Notes: generated by a model not told the origin, from the sequence alone. Shown: positions 18,201 through 27,936, numbered from the stretch's first letter. The stretch is 64,000 nucleotides of DNA from an uncultured Actinomycetota bacterium (GCA_963753435.1 CAVWCF010000001.1:1280001-1344000), one strand, 5' to 3'. A program made the numbers and translations.

Positions 18201-20585
18201 ATGTCAGCGACCGATGGTGGTGACACCGGGAAACGCGTCGGCCTCTTCGTCGGGGTCGCCGCGCTGTCCGGTGTGCTCGCGGCCGGGTTGATGCTGCCGG
18301 CCGTCGGCGCTGCGGGCGTGGCCGCCCGGTCCGTGGTCGGCGACTTCGAGGCCTTGCCCGCCTACCTGCAGACCCCGCCGCTGCCGCAACGCTCCGTGAT
18401 CCTGGCCGCTGACGGCAGCCGGCTGGCCACCTACTACGCCGAGAACCGCATCGTGGTGCCGCTGGCGGAGGTGGCTCCGGTCATGCAGGAAGCCGTCCTG
18501 GCTATCGAGGACTCCCGGTTCTACGAACACAACGGCGTCGACATCAAGGGCACGGTGCGTGCGCTGGTGGCCAACCTGGAATCCGGTGCGGTGTCCCAGG
18601 GTGGTTCCACGCTGACCCAGCAGTACGTGGAGAACCTGCTGGTGATCAACGCCGACACCGAGGAAGAGCGCGACGCGGCTCGGGCCCGAAAGGTCAGCGC
18701 CAAGGTCCAGGAGGCGCGATACGCGATCGGCCTGGAGAAGCGCTTCACCAAAGACCAGATCCTCGAGGGCTACCTGAACGTCGCCTACTTCGGCAACGGC
18801 GCCTACGGCGTTGAGGCGGCATCGCGCACCTACTTCTCCAAGCCGGCCGCCGACCTGACCCTGATCGAGGCGGCCCTGCTCGCCGGCATCGTGCAGCAGC
18901 CGAACACGTTCAACCCGATCGACAACCCCGAGGCGGCGCAGAACCGCCGAAACGTCGTCCTACAGCGGATGGCCGACCTTGGCCTTGCCGACCCGGTCGA
19001 GGTGGACGCCGCCCAGGCAACCCCGGTTACCGACACCCTGCGCCCGTCGGAGGTCTCCAACGGGTGCACCTCGTCGGTGGCACCGTTCTTCTGCGACTAC
19101 GTGATCCAGGTGGTCCGAAACAACGAGATCTTCGGCGCGACCGAGAACGACCGCGAGGCGCTGTTGCGCCGCGGCGGGCTGACCATCCGCACCACCCTCG
19201 ACCTGAAGGCCCAGGCCGCGGCCCAAGAGGCCGTCGACAACTACATCCCCCGCGAGGACCCAAGCCGCAAGGCCGCGGCGATCGCCATGGTGGAACCGGG
19301 CACCGGCCAGATCCAGGCCATGGCCCAGAACCGAAACTGGGGCACCGAGGGCATCGGCAACACCACGTACAACTACGCCGTCGACCGCGCTTACGGCGGA
19401 ACGGTGGGCATGCAGGCCGGGTCCACGTTCAAGCCGTTCGTAGCCGCGGCCGCGCTGGAGCAGGGCTTCTCCGAGACGCAGCGCATCTCCTCGCCGTCGA
19501 AGAAGACGTTCTACAACTTCCGCAACTGCGCCACCGGCATCAAGTACGAGCCGTACACCGTGCGCAACTCCACCGGGTCGGGTTCGTTCAACCTTCGTAC
19601 CGGAACGGCGCTGTCGGTCAACACCTTCTACGTCGGCCTGGAGGAGCGCATCGGCCAGTGCCGCCCCGCGGAGATCGCCGAGTCGATCGGGGTGACGACC
19701 GGTTCCGGCGAACCACCGGCCCGGGTGCCCAGCTTCACGCTGGGGACGGCCCCGGTGTCACCCTTGACCATGGCCGAGGCCTACGCCTCGTTCGCGGCTC
19801 TGGGTACCCACTGCGACAGCATCGCGATCCTCGACATCACCGACCGCGACGGCCGCTCGTTGCCGGTGCCCGGCGCCAACTGCACGCAGGCCCTGGATCA
19901 GAAGGTGGCTTCGGAGGTCACCGAACTGTTGGCCGGTGTGATCGACGGCAGCATCAGTGGACGGACCGGGCGGGCGATGTCCCTGGGTCGGCCGGCCGCC
20001 GGCAAGACCGGAACCATCAATGACAACGCCGCGGTCTGGTTCGTCGGGTTCACGCCGGACCTCGCCGCCGCAGTTTGGGTGGGCGACCCCCGCGGTGGCA
20101 CCAAGTACCCGATGGAGAACCTGACCATCAAGGGCCAGTACTACCGCCAGGTGTTCGGCAGCACCCTGCCGGGCCCGATCTGGAAGCAGGCCATGTCCGG
20201 CGCGCTGGCCGGATCGCCCCCGGCGCCGTGGCCGTCGCTGGATCCGCGTCAGGTGGCCGGCGTGCCGGTCAAGGTCCCGCAGATCTACGGACTGCAGCCG
20301 ATCGATGCCGTTTCGCGATTGGCCGAGGTCGGACTGGTCGGACAGGTCAGCGACCAGCCGATCAACTCCAACGCGCCGCTGGGGACGGTCGCCGGTTCGT
20401 CGCCACGCTCGGGGGCGTCGGCCCAGTCCGGCGACACGATCACCATCCTGCTGTCGAACGGCGAGCCACCCAGGCCCAGCCCCACGCCGCGACCGCAGAC
20501 CGCAAGCCCCACGCCGACGCCGTCCACGACCGGGTCGGTTGCGCCGCCACCGCCGGCGACTCCTACTCCGGCCCCGTCGGGCTAA
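18201..20585 (+). CDS. ponA2: Class A penicillin-binding protein (transglycosylase/transpeptidase, PASTA-like C-terminus)
   Basis: EDSRFYEH, GGSTLTQQ, GSTFK, SVN, KTGT; Pro/Thr-rich tail. Confidence 0.93.
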   Translation: MSATDGGDTGKRVGLFVGVAALSGVLAAGLMLPAVGAAGVAARSVVGDFEALPAYLQTPPLPQRSVILAADGSRLATYYAENRIVVPLAEVAPVMQEAVLAIEDSRFYEHNGVDIKGTVRALVANLESGAVSQGGSTLTQQYVENLLVINADTEEERDAARARKVSAKVQEARYAIGLEKRFTKDQILEGYLNVAYFGNGAYGVEAASRTYFSKPAADLTLIEAALLAGIVQQPNTFNPIDNPEAAQNRRNVVLQRMADLGLADPVEVDAAQATPVTDTLRPSEVSNGCTSSVAPFFCDYVIQVVRNNEIFGATENDREALLRRGGLTIRTTLDLKAQAAAQEAVDNYIPREDPSRKAAAIAMVEPGTGQIQAMAQNRNWGTEGIGNTTYNYAVDRAYGGTVGMQAGSTFKPFVAAAALEQGFSETQRISSPSKKTFYNFRNCATGIKYEPYTVRNSTGSGSFNLRTGTALSVNTFYVGLEERIGQCRPAEIAESIGVTTGSGEPPARVPSFTLGTAPVSPLTMAEAYASFAALGTHCDSIAILDITDRDGRSLPVPGANCTQALDQKVASEVTELLAGVIDGSISGRTGRAMSLGRPAAGKTGTINDNAAVWFVGFTPDLAAAVWVGDPRGGTKYPMENLTIKGQYYRQVFGSTLPGPIWKQAMSGALAGSPPAPWPSLDPRQVAGVPVKVPQIYGLQPIDAVSRLAEVGLVGQVSDQPINSNAPLGTVAGSSPRSGASAQSGDTITILLSNGEPPRPSPTPRPQTASPTPTPSTTGSVAPPPPATPTPAPSG

Positions 20586-20621
20586 GCGATGCGGTTGGGC
20601 AGGCGGAGGTAAGCCACCCGA

Positions 20622-21095
20622 CTAGCCCAGCCCCAACCGCTTCTTGACCGCAACGGCCACTGCGGCGCCGTCGGCCCGGCCCATGGTTGCCGGCTGCACC
20701 TGCTTCATGACCGCACCCATGGCTTTGCCACCACTCAGCCCCGCCGACTCCGCCGCCGCAACTGCGTCCTCGATGAGCGCGGTCAGTTCCGCCTCCGTCA
20801 ACGGTTCGGGCAGATACCGCGCCAACACCTGCTCTTCCAGGCGCTCGCGTTCGGCCAACTCCACCCGGCCGGCGTCGTCATAGGCGGTCGCCGCCTCGCG
20901 GCGCTTCTTCACCTCACGGCTCAACACGGCGACCACGTCCGCATCGGACAACTGCCGCGCCTCCTTGCCGGCCACCTCTTCGTTCGTGATCGCCGTAAGC
21001 GCCATGCGAAGAGTGGAGACCGTCGGCTCGTCCTTGGCACGCATCGCCGCGGTCAGGTCGGACTTCAGTTGTTCCTTCATCGTGGTCACGGGCAC
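20622..21095 (-). CDS. GatB/YqeY domain protein
   Basis: LKSDLTAAMRAKD, KKRREAA..Y..AGR, MGAVMK, GRADG. Confidence 0.9.
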   Translation of the reverse strand: MPVTTMKEQLKSDLTAAMRAKDEPTVSTLRMALTAITNEEVAGKEARQLSDADVVAVLSREVKKRREAATAYDDAGRVELAERERLEEQVLARYLPEPLTEAELTALIEDAVAAAESAGLSGGKAMGAVMKQVQPATMGRADGAAVAVAVKKRLGLG

Positions 21096-21149
21096 ATCGT
21101 GGCACTACGCGTTCGCGCCAACGCAGGCGTCTGGGACGATGACCCGGCC

Positions 21150-22049
21150 ATGCCTGCCCCTCGCCGCGTTCTTGCCGCCGTTGCGGGCGCCGGCGCCCTT
21201 GGCTTGGGCTATTCGCTGGCCGAGGCGCGCGCGCACCGATTGCGACGCTTCGCCGTCCCCGTTCTAGCCCCCGGGCAACGCAGCGTTCGGCTGCTGCACT
21301 TGTCCGATTTGCACCTGACGCCGTGGGACGGCCACCGGGTTCGCTGGCTGAAGTCACTGGCTGATCTGCGCCCAGACCTGGTGGTGGTTACCGGCGACTT
21401 CCTGGCGCACCGCGATTCGGTGCCGATCGTGATGGAGGCACTGGGTGGACTGTTGGACGTCCCCGGCGCCTTCGTCTTCGGCTCCAACGACTACTACGCA
21501 CCCGCGCTGAAGAACCCCGCCCGCTACCTGTTCCCGGATACCGGCAAACGCAAGCATGGGCGGCAGTTGCCGTGGCCGGAACTGGAGTCCCAACTCAGCG
21601 CCGCGGGCTGGCACAACTTGACCCACCGTCGCGTGCGGATCCAGGTCGGGACGACAGCCGTGTCCTTGCGCGGCGTGGACGATCCGCATCTGGGCCGAGA
21701 TGAATACACCCAGGTGGCCGGCCCGGCGGATCCGGATGCGCTGGCGATCGGTGTCACCCACGCCCCGTACGCACGGGTCCTGACCGCGATGGCCGAAGAC
21801 GGGATGCAACTGATCCTCGCCGGGCATACCCATGGAGGGCAGTTGTGCGTGCCGGGCTGGGGCGCGCTGGTCACCAACTGCGACCTGCCCCCCAGGCATG
21901 CCCGCGGCCTGAGCCGCGTGGGTCACGCTGTTCTGCACGTGTCCGCCGGTGTGGGCACATCGCCCTTCACGCCTGTCCGCTTTGCCTGCCCGCCGGAGGC
22001 CAGCCTGCTCACCCTGCGGCCGCATGAGGGGCCGAATCGGCCCGATTGA
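21150..22049 (+). CDS. Metallophosphoesterase
   Basis: SDLH, TGDF, GSNDY, GHTHGGQ. Confidence 0.9.
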   Translation: MPAPRRVLAAVAGAGALGLGYSLAEARAHRLRRFAVPVLAPGQRSVRLLHLSDLHLTPWDGHRVRWLKSLADLRPDLVVVTGDFLAHRDSVPIVMEALGGLLDVPGAFVFGSNDYYAPALKNPARYLFPDTGKRKHGRQLPWPELESQLSAAGWHNLTHRRVRIQVGTTAVSLRGVDDPHLGRDEYTQVAGPADPDALAIGVTHAPYARVLTAMAEDGMQLILAGHTHGGQLCVPGWGALVTNCDLPPRHARGLSRVGHAVLHVSAGVGTSPFTPVRFACPPEASLLTLRPHEGPNRPD

Positions 22050-22096
22050 TCGCGTTGGGGACGGGTCCGGCCCTCGGATACAGTGACGCCTCGCAT

Positions 22097-22170
<74 letters not shown>

Positions 22171-22193
22171 CGATGTCGAGTAGCGCAGCGATC

Positions 22194-22649
22194 TCAATCG
22201 CTCGCGACTTCGCGCAGCATCTTTCCTAGCTGGGCATAGCGCTGCGCGCCGAGGCGCTCGGCGTAGCGCTCCTCGACCCGGGCCACGGCCTCCTCGAACC
22301 GAGCGTTCAACTCATTCCCACGCCCCGACCTTCGGACCAGCCAGGCCCGCCCGTCTGCGGGATCGGGCGTCCGCTTGATCAAACCCTCAGCTTCCAGCCC
22401 TTCGATCGCTTCGGCCATCGCCTGCTTGCTGATGCCGGCGCGATCAGCAAGGTCCTGCTGCCGGGCACCGGCAGCAGGGATCAGTTGGAGCAACCGGATC
22501 CGCCGCAGCCCCAGATGCGCCAGTTCCTCGGGTAGGACAGCGCCAAGCTCAACAGCGGTACGCGCCTGAACAGCCTCAAGAAGCACCAGCAGATGGTCTG
22601 GCGATGCAGGGTCGATGTCGAACTCCCAGTGGTCAATCTTCTTGACTAA
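22194..22649 (-). CDS. MarR-family transcriptional regulator (start codon uncertain)
   Basis: [15 protein letters not shown]...[17 protein letters not shown] wHTH; divergent from SDR-RCCR operon; first canonical start is GTG at 22586. Confidence 0.85.
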   Translation of the reverse strand, partial: LVKKIDHWEFDIDPASPDHLLVLLEAVQARTAVELGAVLPEELAHLGLRRIRLLQLIPAAGARQQDLADRAGISKQAMAEAIEGLEAEGLIKRTPDPADGRAWLVRRSGRGNELNARFEEAVARVEERYAERLGAQRYAQLGKMLREVASD

Positions 22650-22668
22650 AATGGTCAGGTAGGTTGAC
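22632..22668. promoter_or_regulatory. Tandem palindromic operators (putative MarR sites)
   Basis: GTCAATCTTCTTGAC (22632-22646) and GTCAGGTAGGTTGAC (22654-22668), 22 bp apart, overlapping a TTGACT -35-like element. Confidence 0.7.
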
Positions 22669-22700
22669 GATACTCCGGGATCGCGAAGAAGGGGAACGGC

Positions 22701-24344
22701 ATGCGGGTACTTATCGTCGGTTGTGGGCTGGTCGGCAAGGAGTTGGCTCAGCAACTCCGGGCGGATGGCCACCACGTCATCGGCACCACCACGACTCCCG
22801 GCAAGGTCACCGCGCTGCAGCAGGTGTGCGACGACGTTGCCGTGCTCACCGGCGCCGACACCGCGGCCGTGCACGCCGCCGCCAAGGACGTCGACGCGAT
22901 CGTGGTAACCGCCGGTCCCGCCGCCGCCCAGGCCATGACGGTCGAGCAACGGCAGAAGACCTACCGCCGTGTCCTTGTCGACACCGCCGAGTCGGTGTCG
23001 AGTGTGCCCGGCGACCCCTACCTCGTGATGCTGTCATCCCTGTCGGTCTACGGGGACGCGGCCAACCACCTGGACGTCATCGACGAGTCCAGCCCCCTGT
23101 CAGACAGCGAGGACCCAAGCCCGGCCATGTTCCAAGAGGCGGAGCGCACCTACCGCAACGCCGCCGCGGATCGGCTGGCGATCTTCCGCTGCGCCGACAT
23201 CACCGGTGGCGAGGATCCGCCGATCATGGACAAGCTGCGCATGGCCCATCAGGTCTTGGGTGGTTCGGTGCCGTTCCACGACGAGGCGCTCTTCTACCGC
23301 GTCCACATGCTCGATGTGGTCGGAGCCGTGAAGTACGCCCTCGACCGCCGCTTCACCGGCACCTACAACCTCACCCACGCCGAGGTGCCGCCGCCCATGC
23401 AGCCGTACTTCGATGCCCTGTGCGCCCTGGACGGCCTGCCGCCGCTGCAGTACCGCAACGAGTTGACGGCACCTACCAAGCCGGTATCCGTGGACGCCCT
23501 GCTGGCCACTGGCTTCACCCTCGCCCACACGCAGGTTGAGGAGATGCCGGCCGCGGACGCGGTCGCACCGCCGAGCGCACTCACCGGCATCGACCGGACG
23601 GGCCGAGAGATGGTCACGGCCGTTCTCGATCGACTCATCTCGGAACTGGAACTCACTGAGGAAACATCTGCGGACGGCCAGCCCGTGCTGCCGATCACCG
23701 CAGTCGGTGGCGTCAAGGACGGGCAGCGAATCGGCGAGTTCCGGGTGTTCTCCCGCCCGGGTGGTCCCCGCGTCGTCTACAGCGCGCTCTCAATCGACGA
23801 CTTCGGCATGGACACCCACCAGGTCTACGCATTCACCGGCGCGGACAGTGCGGTACCGCACCTGTTCGTCGACACCGCGATCTCGCCCAACACCGATGGC
23901 ACGTTCCACTTCGGCCTGGACCTGGTTGCGCGGGTCGATCTGGCCGCTTCCTTCGACTACACGCAGGCCGTGTACGGAGAACTCACCGACGTCCGGGGCG
24001 ACGCCCTAGCCACACCCGGCGTCCTGCCGGTCCCGTCGCTCGGCCCGTTGCAGTGGTCGCTGCGCTCACCCTGGATGCTCGCAGCCATCGCCGCGCCCGG
24101 TGACCTGAAAGCGCTCGCTCCCGCGGTGGATGCCTACGTTGACCAGTGGCTGAACCTGGTCAAGTCGGGGCTGCCGGAGGCCGCGGCCGCCGACGCGCAG
24201 TGGCAGAACGTCGCTGAGCGCGACCGACGCAATCGCGCCGCAATCTTCTCCCCCGCGGCCAACCCGGTCTGGTTCCTGCTGGACCGGCTGGTGGGCGCCG
24301 AGCAGTCGGCCGCCATGCGGGCGCTGCTTACCGCGCAGGACTGA
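22701..24344 (+). CDS. Fusion of atypical NAD(P)-binding SDR and RCCR-like (ferredoxin-dependent bilin reductase fold) domain
   Basis: N-term VLIVGCGLVG Rossmann motif, SSLSVYG; C-term VPHLFVD...LDLVARVDL....DY...SLRSPW...ERDR...NP....DRLVG.E resembles RCCR motifs as remembered. Confidence 0.7.
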   Translation: MRVLIVGCGLVGKELAQQLRADGHHVIGTTTTPGKVTALQQVCDDVAVLTGADTAAVHAAAKDVDAIVVTAGPAAAQAMTVEQRQKTYRRVLVDTAESVSSVPGDPYLVMLSSLSVYGDAANHLDVIDESSPLSDSEDPSPAMFQEAERTYRNAAADRLAIFRCADITGGEDPPIMDKLRMAHQVLGGSVPFHDEALFYRVHMLDVVGAVKYALDRRFTGTYNLTHAEVPPPMQPYFDALCALDGLPPLQYRNELTAPTKPVSVDALLATGFTLAHTQVEEMPAADAVAPPSALTGIDRTGREMVTAVLDRLISELELTEETSADGQPVLPITAVGGVKDGQRIGEFRVFSRPGGPRVVYSALSIDDFGMDTHQVYAFTGADSAVPHLFVDTAISPNTDGTFHFGLDLVARVDLAASFDYTQAVYGELTDVRGDALATPGVLPVPSLGPLQWSLRSPWMLAAIAAPGDLKALAPAVDAYVDQWLNLVKSGLPEAAAADAQWQNVAERDRRNRAAIFSPAANPVWFLLDRLVGAEQSAAMRALLTAQD

Positions 24345-24345
24345 A

Positions 24346-25215
24346 GTGCGGCGCGGACCCGCTGACGGAGACTGGGTCGCAAGCCCACTACGGGACAACT
24401 GGTACCAGTCCAGTTCCTATTGGGCCTCGACGTTCGGCCTCGTCACCACCGTGGACGAGGACGGCCAGACCAACGTTGCTCCGTACCAACTGTCGTTCCC
24501 GTTCGAAGTGATCGGCGGGCGCGCGGTGCTGTTGATATCGCGCCCGGACTCAAACACGGCGCGCAACCTGCGCCGTACCGGCGTGTGCGCCATCAACTAC
24601 GTGGAGGCCAAGCGCAAGGAGCTCAAGCGCATCGTCGCTCTCGGCTTCCCTGGTCAGACAACGGCGGAGAAGAGCCCAGACAACCCGTACTCACTGACCG
24701 GCAGCCCAACTCCCGGTCGGTCGCCCGACGGCCGGCGGTTCCCCCATCTGCTCCAAGAGGCGTTCCAGGTATACGAGTGCACGTGGGACACCGAACAGCC
24801 GCTGCACGCCGACCAACCGGCGCCGGCCTACTTCGTGCTGCGGCTGGACGGGATCCTGCTTCGGGAGCGGTGGGCCAAGAACCTGGAGGACGGGGGCCGG
24901 GCAATGCCCCGGCTGCCAATCACGTACGGGTTCCGCGGGGGCACCAGATTCTGGTTCGCCAAGGTGCGCAAGCCGTTCTGGATCGACACCCCCACCGATC
25001 GTGGGCCCAAAGAGGAGGCGATCCTCTACGAGGCCAACCGAATCGACCCGGACGTCCGGTTCACCCGGGAGGCGTGCCAGCAGTTGACGGGAGTGCCGCG
25101 ACCGTTTCTGAAGATGGCGCTGAAAGGCATCGTCAAGAAGGCCAAGGAACGTGGGCTGACCGAGGTCGACGTCGACTTCGTCCGCGAAGTCGACGAGCAG
25201 CGCCGGGCCGGCTGA
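24346..25215 (+). CDS. Flavin-reductase-like split-barrel protein with C-terminal PCP_red-like domain
   Basis: LVTTVDEDGQTNVAPY, SNTARNLRRTGVCAINY, YEC; C-term FTREACQQLTGVPRPFLKMALKGIVKKAKERGLTEVD. Confidence 0.7.
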   Translation: MRRGPADGDWVASPLRDNWYQSSSYWASTFGLVTTVDEDGQTNVAPYQLSFPFEVIGGRAVLLISRPDSNTARNLRRTGVCAINYVEAKRKELKRIVALGFPGQTTAEKSPDNPYSLTGSPTPGRSPDGRRFPHLLQEAFQVYECTWDTEQPLHADQPAPAYFVLRLDGILLRERWAKNLEDGGRAMPRLPITYGFRGGTRFWFAKVRKPFWIDTPTDRGPKEEAILYEANRIDPDVRFTREACQQLTGVPRPFLKMALKGIVKKAKERGLTEVDVDFVREVDEQRRAG

Positions 25216-25226
25216 ACTAGAAGCCG

Positions 25227-26645
25227 TCAGCCGGCAGGTCGCCATCTCGATACGGCACAGGTTCCGGTGGCGCTGCGTCGGGCCTGTTGCAGTTCCACCT
25301 CGGCGCCGCTGGCGTCGGCGAGGCTGCGCACGATGGCCAGCCCGAGCCCGGATCCGGTCCGTTCGGACGTGCCGCGCCAGAAGCGGTCGAAGGCATGCGC
25401 CCGCTCCGCCGAGCTCAATCCGGCGCCGGCATCCTCGACCGATACCTCGATCCAGTCACCTGCTCGTTTCAAGCCGACGTGCAGTTCGCTGTCCGGAGGT
25501 GCCGCCTCAAGCGCGTTGTCGAGGTAGTTGTCGAGCACCTGGCCGACGCCATCGGACACCGACCACACCAGCCACGAGCCCGCAGCGTCGGCGGTGTCGG
25601 TGGTGATGGACACACCCCGCTCAGCCGCCAACGCCTCCCAATCGCTGACGCGCTGCCGAACCGCCACGGCCACGTCTACCTGCTCTCGCTCCTGATCACC
25701 GCGGTCGGCGCGGGCCAAGGCGAGGAGTCCTTCGACGAGTCGCTGCATGCGTTCGACGTCACCGGCCATCTGCTCCAGGGCTTGCGCCGACGCCTCCGGG
25801 TCGCGGTCAGCAAGTTCCTGGGCTGTCTCGATCCGCATGCGCAGAGCCGTCAGCGGACTACGCAGCTGATGGGAGGCGTCGCCGGCGAAGTTGCGCTGCG
25901 CGGCCACGACGGTCTCCACCCGTTGGGCCATCGTGTTGAAGGATTGAGCGACGTCGCCGAGTTCACCAATCGCCTGTGGATCAACTCGGGCACCAAGATC
26001 GCCACCGGCAATCGCCTCCGAGGTCTGCCGCAGGCGGCTGAGTGGCTCGGTCACAAGCCGCGCGATCAGAACCGCGATAAACGCTGCCGCCACCAGGGTG
26101 ATGAGGGCAACGACCAGCAGTCCGCGGACCCGTTCGTCGACGGCCTGGTCCACCTCCGCAGCCGGATAGGTGATGCGCACTGTTCCCAAGATGTCCGCGC
26201 CGGAGCGCACCGGAACGGCCACGTAGAGCAGGTCCTCACCGGCAGAGTCGGACGGCCGCTGGCCCGCAACCGCCTCCCCGCTGAGGGCAGCCGCTATCTC
26301 CGGGCGATTGGTGTAGTCCTGCCCCAGGTCGGTGCCATCGGAAGTGACCACCGCAATGCCGGCCGCGTCGGTGACCACCACGCGCGCACCGGTCGCCGTG
26401 GAGTACTCCGACACCACCGAGGTCACCTCGTTCAGCCCTGCGGGGTCGCCACCGCCCAGTACGTCCTCGGCCTGGCCGGCGATTGTGAACGCGTCTCGCT
26501 GCAACCCGGTGACGATCCGATCGCGTTCGACACCACGAAGATGCGACGCAAGCGGGATGTTCTGGACCAACAGCACCGTCGCGGTGAACGCGACCATCAC
26601 TGCCACCAGTACCCATCGAAACGATGCCCGGCGCCAACTGCTCAT
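25227..26645 (-). CDS. HAMP-domain sensor histidine kinase
   Basis: DASHQLRSPLT, NYLDNAL, DAGAG, GSGLGLAIV. Confidence 0.93.
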   Translation of the reverse strand: MSSWRRASFRWVLVAVMVAFTATVLLVQNIPLASHLRGVERDRIVTGLQRDAFTIAGQAEDVLGGGDPAGLNEVTSVVSEYSTATGARVVVTDAAGIAVVTSDGTDLGQDYTNRPEIAAALSGEAVAGQRPSDSAGEDLLYVAVPVRSGADILGTVRITYPAAEVDQAVDERVRGLLVVALITLVAAAFIAVLIARLVTEPLSRLRQTSEAIAGGDLGARVDPQAIGELGDVAQSFNTMAQRVETVVAAQRNFAGDASHQLRSPLTALRMRIETAQELADRDPEASAQALEQMAGDVERMQRLVEGLLALARADRGDQEREQVDVAVAVRQRVSDWEALAAERGVSITTDTADAAGSWLVWSVSDGVGQVLDNYLDNALEAAPPDSELHVGLKRAGDWIEVSVEDAGAGLSSAERAHAFDRFWRGTSERTGSGLGLAIVRSLADASGAEVELQQARRSATGTCAVSRWRPAG

Positions 26646-27328
26646 TGCGGCGTACCCAACCGAAAGCCGACGCCGCGAACCGCCTCGACCCAGCTCGGAT
26701 CTCCAAGCTTGCGCCGGATGGCTGCCACGTGTGCGTCGACTGTCTTCGTCGGCCCATACCAGTGGGCATCCCAAACGTGTTCCAGGATCTCGGTCCGGCG
26801 CCGCAGCGCACCAGGATCCTCGGCGAGGAAGGCGAGCACCCCGAACTCCTTCGGGGTCATGGCGACTTCGGCGCCGTCGAGGAAGACGCGTTGGGTGCGG
26901 CGGTCGATCGCCAATCGACCCAGCTCCTGTTGTGTCGACTGCTCCGCCAGCGGTGCCGACCCCGACCCTGCCCGCGCCCGTCGGGATACGGCTCGAACCC
27001 GGGCCACGAGTTCCCGCAACCCGAAGGGCTTCACCAGGTAGTCGTCCGCGCCCAGCTCCAGCGCCAACACTCGGTCGAACTCCTCAGACCTGGCGCTGAC
27101 CACCACGATCGGGACGTCCGAAGTCCGCCGGATCTCCCGAGCCACGTCTTGACCGTCAAGGTCGGGTAGGCCCAGATCGAGCAGGACGACATCCGGCGTT
27201 GCAGCTGCGACAGCTGCCAGCCCACTGCGACCGTCCCGAACGTGCTGGACCTCGAAACCGGCCGACTCCAGGCCGGCCACGGTTGACGCCGCAATCCCGG
27301 AGTCGTCCTCCACCAGCAGAACTCGCAC
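26642..27328 (-). CDS. OmpR/PhoB-family response regulator
   Basis: LLVEDD, DLGLPD, GADDYLVKPF, wHTH VRGVGFR. Confidence 0.95.
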   Translation of the reverse strand: MRVLLVEDDSGIAASTVAGLESAGFEVQHVRDGRSGLAAVAAATPDVVLLDLGLPDLDGQDVAREIRRTSDVPIVVVSARSEEFDRVLALELGADDYLVKPFGLRELVARVRAVSRRARAGSGSAPLAEQSTQQELGRLAIDRRTQRVFLDGAEVAMTPKEFGVLAFLAEDPGALRRRTEILEHVWDAHWYGPTKTVDAHVAAIRRKLGDPSWVEAVRGVGFRLGTPQ

Positions 27329-27378
27329 CCACACATGATGCCGGTGCCATGGGCCCATCCCTGGTCACGGCCGCGGGT

Positions 27379-27417
27379 TCCTGGGCCGAATCTTGGGAAT
27401 TCTTGGACGTTTCTTGG
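27379..27417. promoter_or_regulatory. Direct-repeat array (putative response-regulator binding site)
   Basis: TC(C/T)TGG at 27379, 27391, 27401, 27412 (10-12 bp spacing) in the divergent intergenic region. Confidence 0.6.
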
Positions 27418-27501
27418 ACAAGCGGCACCCAGAACCACGCCGATGCATCCATAGCGTCGGCACTGCCGATCGAAACACCCGATGGCAGAGGAGGAAGACC
27501 A

Positions 27502-27936
27502 ATGGATGCAAAGCTCGCAGTGGGCCTGTCCGTAGCGGGGATCTTGGTGGCAGCCGGTTCGGCTGCCGCGGTCAACGCCCGGGTCCTTGAGTCACAGGAC
27601 GACTCACCAATCGGAAGCGCCGAGGACTTCGTGGTGCAGACCGATTCACCGTCACCGCAGCCGACGCCGACACTGACCGAGGTCATCACGATCCCGCCCA
27701 GCCCGGCGCCGTCCGCGACACCCAGCACCGCAGCGAGCAGCCAGTCGACTCGTTCAGCGGCCCCAAGTTCTTCACCGAGCCCCAGCGCCAGCGCCTCCGA
27801 CGACGACCGCTACGACGACAACGGCGGCGACCGCGACGACTCCGACTCCGACGACGACAGCTATGACGACAACGGCGGCGACCGCGACGACTCCGATGAC
27901 GACAACTCCGGGTCCGGTTCCCGAGACGACGACTGA
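27502..27936 (+). CDS. Secreted low-complexity protein with Asp-rich tail
   Basis: GAGGAGG RBS; signal peptide-like N-terminus (AAA/VN); Ser/Pro/Thr linker; DD(R/S)YDDNGGDRDDS repeats. Confidence 0.8.
   Translation: MDAKLAVGLSVAGILVAAGSAAAVNARVLESQDDSPIGSAEDFVVQTDSPSPQPTPTLTEVITIPPSPAPSATPSTAASSQSTRSAAPSSSPSPSASASDDDRYDDNGGDRDDSDSDDDSYDDNGGDRDDSDDDNSGSGSRDDD
27795..27896 (+). repeat. 51-bp coding tandem repeat, 2 copies
   Basis: ctccgacgacgac(c/a)gcta(c/t)gacgacaacggcggcgaccgcgacgactccga twice. Confidence 0.9.

Noticed and set aside
25287-27041. Long antisense ORFs (also 30913-32079, 40312-41964 and many others)
   Set aside because: Stop-poor shadows of real genes caused by GC3 bias; no motifs
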